From UHGV virus genome UHGV-1493261: a stretch of 64,000 nucleotides of DNA; one strand, 5' to 3'. Both the position numbers and the translations under genes were made by a program. Within the stretch, counting starts at the first letter, position 1. Every line of letters begins with the position of its first letter. Origin of the DNA: a virus. The notes beneath the pieces are model-generated. The model worked only from the letters and a program-made list of their open reading frames with translations, was not told the origin of the DNA and did not search any database. This document shows, one piece after another, positions 62,824 through 64,000 of the stretch.

Positions 62824-63088
62824 AATTCAGGAATCCTGTGACATTGCTGTGGAGATATGGAATCGCAGGAATCCTCATTACCAAGTGACCGTCACTCTGA
62901 ATCGTTATCTTGAGCAGGGCGGCCTGATTGTGGTTGATGCTGTACTCGCTTTCAACAAGTACCAAGATATGCAGATCCTGGACGGCAACTTTACCGTCGC
63001 GACCAAGACGGCATGGGATGACCCTCTACAGTTCGTCTATGGCTGGCTGGAGTGTATCGAGGAATCCTACCACCTCATCTACGAATGA
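62804..63088 (+). CDS. Hypothetical protein (94 aa)
   Basis: Overlapping start. Confidence 0.5.
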   Translation: MSENKDEIQESCDIAVEIWNRRNPHYQVTVTLNRYLEQGGLIVVDAVLAFNKYQDMQILDGNFTVATKTAWDDPLQFVYGWLECIEESYHLIYE

Positions 63089-63094
63089 GGCTGA

Positions 63095-63127
63095 AGGGCA
63101 CTAAATATCACGTGCCCTTTATCTTTT
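63095..63127 (+). terminator. Terminator hairpin whose loop carries CTAAATAT
   Basis: AGGGCAC-taaatatcac-GTGCCCT followed by TTATCTTTT. Confidence 0.5.
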
Positions 63128-63184
63128 AACCCCTGTCAGGAGGCTCAATCGAGCTGCAAGTCGACAAACATAAGGAACGCCATC

Positions 63185-63799
63185 ATGACGATGACAACGT
63201 TGAAGGCCATGGCCTTGTCCGTGACCTTTACCATTGCCAGCGGGAATGTGCACGCTTCCCAAAATACAAGTCAATGTGGTTATAATTTCTCCGAGCAACA
63301 ACTTAATACGATGGCAACCGCCTATCACGTAGGCAAGACACAAGATCTTGGCTACACTCTGGCCGCCATATCTTGGCGAGAGAGCCGCGCTGGTGAAGAT
63401 GTAGTGTCAATGCGATACGGCCTCAAGGCGGCCAACATGGGAGCCTTTCAGAACAAGGTGAAGACAGTTGGTGATCGCGAAGGTTGTAAGAATCGCAAGT
63501 GCTATGCCAATGTCGCCATAAAGTTGCTGACCGACCAAGAATATGCCGCGCAAGCCGCCCTCGATGAGATGCAGTTCTGGCTGACCTATCACAATCAGAA
63601 TATCCGCAAATCCCTCTCCTCTTACAATGCTGGCTTCGCCCGTAATCCTGCATCGAACGCTTATGCTGCCGACGTCGTGAAGAAAGCTAAATATCTTCAG
63701 AAATGTGTGTCTTTCGAAGGCCGGACCATCTCCGAGGTAGATCCTCAGGTGATCGCCATGAACAAGCACACAATAGAGAAACTGAAGAGGACAAGATAA
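63185..63799 (+). CDS. Secreted lytic transglycosylase (SLT domain)
   Basis: Signal-peptide-like N-terminus; ISWRESRAG (catalytic ES), GAFQ and YNAGF match SLT-domain motifs. Confidence 0.7.
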   Translation: MTMTTLKAMALSVTFTIASGNVHASQNTSQCGYNFSEQQLNTMATAYHVGKTQDLGYTLAAISWRESRAGEDVVSMRYGLKAANMGAFQNKVKTVGDREGCKNRKCYANVAIKLLTDQEYAAQAALDEMQFWLTYHNQNIRKSLSSYNAGFARNPASNAYAADVVKKAKYLQKCVSFEGRTISEVDPQVIAMNKHTIEKLKRTR

Positions 63800-64000
63800 T
63801 GAACATCACTCCATCTCAGGCCGGATATGAACATATCTTGGTCTTCATTGCTCTACAGGGTGCGAAGGAAGGCATCATCGTATCCGAGTACTCAGGCACG
63901 GTTCGCCTTGCTGATTATGTCGCACCGGAGGCATTTATCAAGAAGTGTATTGACGCATGGTGCCTCTATGCCCTCAGCACATACCCTGCTCCTCCTGATG
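63799..64000 (+). CDS. Hypothetical protein, 5' partial at window end
   Basis: TAATG stop/start overlap with the transglycosylase gene; open to the window edge. Confidence 0.4.
   Translation, partial: MNITPSQAGYEHILVFIALQGAKEGIIVSEYSGTVRLADYVAPEAFIKKCIDAWCLYALSTYPAPPD

Noticed and set aside
63101-63110. CTAAATAT at 63104 as a late promoter for the transglycosylase gene
   Set aside because: The motif lies in the loop of a terminator hairpin about 80 nt upstream of the start; more likely part of the terminator.
1-64000. CRISPR arrays, rRNA/tRNA genes, integrase, transposase or prophage att sites
   Set aside because: No regularly spaced direct repeats with spacers, no rRNA-like or tRNA cloverleaf sequence, and no recombinase motifs; the content is that of a lytic T4-like phage.

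Overview
This 64 kb window is a contiguous, gene-dense segment of a large T4-like myovirus genome, almost entirely + strand. Calls rest on reading the six-frame translations against remembered T4 protein sequences and motifs; no searches were run. Layout: (1) a receptor-binding module with two tailspikes (685-2967, 3018-5126) and a 1612-aa structural protein (5735-10573); (2) a T4-order morphogenesis block: neck-like proteins, gp15-like, terminase small and large subunits (the large subunit carries a mini-intein in its Walker A motif), tail sheath, tail tube, portal, prohead core proteins, prohead protease, scaffold, and a gp23-like major capsid protein; (3) two paralogous freestanding homing-endonuclease-like genes, one intact on the - strand (18960-20744) and one on the + strand split by an in-frame amber codon (26738-28648); (4) small genes and baseplate/tube-like genes, then uvsY, a PD-(D/E)xK nuclease and uvsW; (5) the replication cluster gp45/gp44/gp62/regA; (6) a roughly 19 kb accessory region (38949-58090) holding an HNH endonuclease, a vWA protein, an ACP-like protein lacking the phosphopantetheine serine, a candidate ADP-ribosyltransferase, secreted and lipoproteins, a ParB-like protein, an HU-like protein, a DinG-like helicase and RNase HI; (7) gp55-like late sigma factor, gp47/gp46, DUF4326 and a lytic transglycosylase. 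Recurrent CTAAATAcCcc motifs upstream of structural genes look like late promoters, and GC-rich hairpins punctuate the intergenic regions. No tRNA, rRNA, CRISPR array, integrase or transposase was found. The tailspike N-termini and the late motif suggest a Vi1-like (Ackermannviridae-like) phage, but that is from memory only. The most unusual item is the ACP mimic beside the vWA protein; no single multi-gene system could be established.
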